Source: Callorhinchus milii (lineage: Eukaryota). Taken from it: DNA of 64,000 bases. Under the pieces are notes generated by a model. The model worked only from the letters and a program-made list of their open reading frames with translations, was not told the origin of the DNA and ran no database searches. Location: assembly GCF_018977255.1 (NCBI RefSeq), contig NW_024704742.1, positions 15,688,001-15,752,000 on the forward strand. The letters run 5' to 3'. Of the stretch, positions 60,165 to 64,000 are shown piece after piece. How positions within the stretch are numbered: position 1 is the first letter of the stretch; each line of letters starts with the position of its first letter. Both the position numbers and the translations under genes were made by a program.

Positions 60165-60615
60165 TGCTGTCCGCATACTCACCCGGACCAAGCTCCGTAA
60201 CATTATCTCGCCAGATCTGGCCAGGCTCCACATCACCGAACAGATCGACTTCAAGATCCTCACACTCATGTCCTAATCCCTTTACTTCGGCACCTCCCTA
60301 CCTCTCCGACCTCCTCACTCCCCAATCCACCACCCGGCGCCTCCACTCGACTGCCAATGGCCTCCTGCTCAACCCTCACACCCTCCGCCCCACCATTGTT
60401 GGTCAAGCTTTCAGCCACTACCCCCCAAAATTCTGGAACACTCTCCCTCAATCCCTCTGCCTCCCCTTCACTCCCCTTTTTCAATTCCCGCCTGAAAACC
60501 TTCCTCTTCGACCTTATGGTCATCTCCCCAATCCTCCCTTCCCCCAGCTCGGAGTCAGACTCCGCCGCTGTGAAGTGCTCTGAAATGGTACCCTGCGTGA
60601 AATTTGCTGTTGTTG
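60165..60615 (+). mobile_element. L2 3' fragment
   Basis: [10 protein letters not shown]...TIVGQAFSHYPPKFWNTLP; degenerate tail. Confidence 0.8.
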
Positions 60616-60959
60616 TGCGGAGGAAATTACAAATGAGTGCTCTTAAAACTGAAATTCAGAAGACCATCACTTCCAATCTTTTTCACTGGATTGGAATTAT
60701 TTAGCAACCCTCCCTTGGTCTCTCCTTCCCCTTATTCAAGCCACATCTCAAAAAAAACATATCTCTTTGCGCTTTTTGTTATCTCTCCTCTCCCAGCCCT
60801 TTGGCTCCCAACCCCCAGTTCGAGTGCCCATTGTCAAGAGCTTTGAGACATCATCCTAATGTGAAAGTCCTGTATAAGTGTGAACATTAATTATAAATAA
60901 GTACACACGTCATTGCTTCTGTGCACATGCCTCTATAGATGGTTTACACAACCTGCACA

Positions 60960-61380
60960 TTGGGACTTAAACTTATGTAGTCCAGGCTGACACTACAATA
61001 CAATGTTGGGAGAATGCTGCATTGTTGGAGGGTAAATGTTGAACCAAGGTCTTGTCTACCTGTTCAGGTGGATGTTAACAAACTCATAGCACTACTCAAA
61101 ATAGAGAAGGGAGTTTCTCAAGGTTTCCTGCCTAATGCTATGTCAAATAAAATTGACACATCCATACTCACTTCATAAGCGCTCTGGGACGCTACCCCGT
61201 GTGGAGGGCGCTATGTAAATGCAAGTGTTGTTCATAGCTGCTTGTGGGAAATTGTGGTGTGCAAATGGGCTGCTATATTTGCCTACAGATATATTCTACT
61301 ACATAGTAAAATCCTGTGGAGTGCTTGAAGATGTACTCCTGATGTGAAAGGTGCCATACCAAAACAAGGATTATTATTAT
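60960..61380 (+). mobile_element. Old Deu-domain SINE with a small nested L2 tail (~61178-61232)
   Basis: ATGTTGAACCAAGGTCTTGTCTACCTGTTCAGGTGGATGTTAA core; inserted AGCGCTCTGGGACGCTACCCCGTGTGGAGGGCGCTATGTAAATGCAAG. Confidence 0.7.
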
Positions 61381-61800
61381 AAAATTTGCGTGATTCCTTA
61401 ACCACTCCTTGTTAATTGTATTAAAAAGAAACACCTTAAACTCCCAAATATGTTTTCTAGTTCTGTAACGCTGATTCCTGTGACTGGGTGCTCATAGGTA
61501 GTTGGCCTCTTATCAGTACGTAAAAAAAAACAAGAAACTGACTTTATATGGTCAGTTTCTTAGCTGGGATTGTGGTTGTAAATATGCGTTAGGAGCTTAA
61601 GCTGGGAAATCGCTTATTGTTGAGAGCACATATATAGAATTCATATCCTATTAAGATGAGGAACGAAGCAATGTTTTTGAGGGAAGGAAATGATTCCTGA
61701 GAATAGGGAGAGACTGGCAATGTCAAGGGTTAGTCGAGCTGTGATGAACTGGGTTGGTAATTTAATGGAGATCAGTGTAATCTCATCGGACTATTGGAAT

Positions 61801-62708
61801 CCTGACCGACTGCCTATTCGACATCAAGTCCTGGACGAGGGACAACTTTCTCCAACTCAACGTCAGCAAGACCGAGACCCTCCTCATTGGCTCGCGCCAG
61901 CGCCTCCGCACCTCAGGCGCTGGCAGCATCAGCCTTCACGGCTGCACACTCAAGCCAGTCAGGAACGTGGGTATCTTGTTTGACACTGAACTGTCCTTTC
62001 TCCTCCACATCCACGCCATGACCAGCGTTGCCTACCACCACCTCCGCAACATTGCCAGACTCCGTCACCGCCTCACCCCTCAGGCTGCCAAAACCCTCAC
62101 CCACGCATTCGTCACATCAAGCCTCGATTACGGGAACTCCCTCCTCATCGGCCTTCCCAACTCTTCCCTTCACAAGCTGCAGATAATCCAAAACTCTGCA
62201 GCTCGTGTACTCTCACCCACCAGGCTCCGTGACCCCATCACTCCCACCCTTGCCCGACTCCACTGGCTCCCCCTCCCCCTGAGGATCGAGTTCAAGATCC
62301 TCTTCCTCACCTTTAAGGCCATCCATGGCCTTGCCCCCTCCTAGCTCTCTGACCTGCTGACTCCCTACCAATCTGCCCGCTCCCTCCATTCGGCTCTGGC
62401 CTGCTCCATGTCTCCTGCCCGACCGACCCGCCCTACTATCGGTGGCTGGGCTTTCGGCCTCTCTGCCCCCACACTCTGGAACTCCATCCCACAGTCCCTT
62501 CGCCTCGCTTCCTCCCTTGCCTCCTTCAAGGCCGGTCTCAAGACCCTTTTCTTCGAACGTGCCTTCGGTCTCCCTCCCAATTGTCTGCCTTCCCTCACCC
62601 CTACACCACCCCTCCCCCATGCTCGGGCCCCGACACCTGACTGTTCAGGGCTTTGGCACGTCCTGCCGACGTGAAAGGCGCTCTATAAATGTATTGTTGT
62701 TGATGTTG
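61801..62708 (+). mobile_element. L2 LINE, 5'-truncated (same subfamily as 20358-21708)
   Basis: LRNIARLRHRLTPQAA...[12 protein letters not shown]...LHWLP; shares the 3' UTR CCCCATGCTCGGGC.CCGACACCTGACTGTTCAG. Confidence 0.9.
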
Positions 62709-63740
62709 TAATGTTTGCCGAGCAATGGAATGACAAAAAAGGCCTGGTAGAATGTTAAGGAACATTTGGAAGTGTAGCAGAAATCAATTTGCATCTCTCA
62801 CATTTATACTGCACAGGCCAAAGTGCTGCCAAGTCTCTTCCTGAAAGCATTTTTGTTGGACCATGGGGCCCCCACCATAATCTGAGATCATACTGCTGTA
62901 TCATCATTTATATTGCTTTCAGTGGCAAATCGTTGGGAAAAGGTCAGTATAACAAAGAAATCAGAAGGCTGAATGCCTGGGCTGTGTTGTGGATGCATCA
63001 AACCTGTCAAACCTGCAGGTAATGGACAAGCAACAGGAATCGTGCCAGTCGGTGTTTGCAACGGCAAGCTGTGTGGGTTTAGCTGGTTAAATTCCAACAA
63101 TAGCTAATGCAAGGTCTGGGGTCCCCAACCCATGGTTCTTGCCAACTTGCGCTTAATATTTTCCAGGATTTAGATAAGCAAGTGTATGACCCTTCAGGGA
63201 GAGAACGCACACTCCATTCCAGCCAGATGGAAATTTCTATGTTTACATGGAACTCAAAGCTGTTTGTCTTCGACGATTTTAAGTTTGGAAGTAGGTTTGG
63301 AAGTGGCCAAAAAAAAATAGTGGATTTTATTTTGTGGTAACTTTCAGGTTCTGAGAACATAAAGGCTTATTCAACATCCATAAGCTGTTCAAACAGAACA
63401 GCAACCTTTAAAAGCCCTTTGATACAACAGCTTTTACATCAGCTTTTCAACTTTACTGATCATTGATTGGATTTAGCTTTATGTTTTAAGGATCAGTGGG
63501 CGAACATGATTTTTACCTCTATTCTGATTGGAGACTGACGGAGAAGTGGGAACAAAAACCTCTTAAGTATCAATGCTTATTATATATAAACTAATCTTGC
63601 TGTTGCAAGAAACGATTTTTCCTCCCAAAACAATGTTTAAAAAAGTATATATAGTGTATTTATTTCACTTTCAAATCTCAGTGCTGTAACTTCCAATGTT
63701 CCAACTTTGGGTTATAGTTGCTATCTTATTGTCGCATTTA

Positions 63741-64000
63741 TAATAATAATAATAATAATAATAATAATCCTTGCATTTGATATAGCGCTTTTCACGTTGG
63801 GAGGACGTCCCAAAGCGCTTCACTGTAAAGTGAATTGACTGTATATTTGTGGGCGAACGCGGCAGCCAATTGCGCACAGCAATGTCCCACAAACAGTCGC
63901 AGATTGAAAATGACCAATTTATTTATTGTTTGGGGTTTTGGAGGGATTATTATTAGGTGTGTGGAGTAAGGAAATTTGCCCAAGGTTTCACCCTGCCTGG
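63741..64000 (-). mobile_element. tRNA-Ala SINE, young subtype, cut by the window edge
   Basis: (ATT)n tail, CTCCC loop, family body. Confidence 0.88.

Noticed and set aside
25564..64000. Second host gene such as GPR78 or CPZ expected from human synteny
   Set aside because: No GPCR, frizzled-like or carboxypeptidase peptides recognised; small exons could have been missed

Overview
Eukaryotic (vertebrate) genomic DNA. The repeat content (Deu-domain SINEs, CR1 with a shark-type 3' tail, abundant L2) suggests a cartilaginous fish; this is inferred, not proven. Positions 1-25563 (+) hold a spliced TRMT44 gene (tRNA U44 2'-O-methyltransferase). I traced 11 coding exons with GT-AG junctions and consistent phases, from a partial exon 1 to the C-terminal CCCH zinc finger and TAA stop. 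I found no other host protein-coding gene; the remaining ORFs are retroelement debris or chance. The rest is L2 and CR1 LINE fragments, a tRNA-Ala-headed SINE family sharing the L2 3' stem-loop, older Deu-domain SINEs and Tigger-like MITEs. The most notable structure is an ~11.4 kb imperfect palindrome (arms 48537-52470 and 53580-59909). Comparing its arms shows a 355 bp perfectly identical tract amid diverged flanks. It also gives empty versus filled sites for a Tx1-like LINE (16 bp TSD), a 218 bp TG...CA solo-LTR-like element (4 bp TSD) and nested L2/SINE insertions. All alignments were done by eye, so repeat boundaries are approximate.
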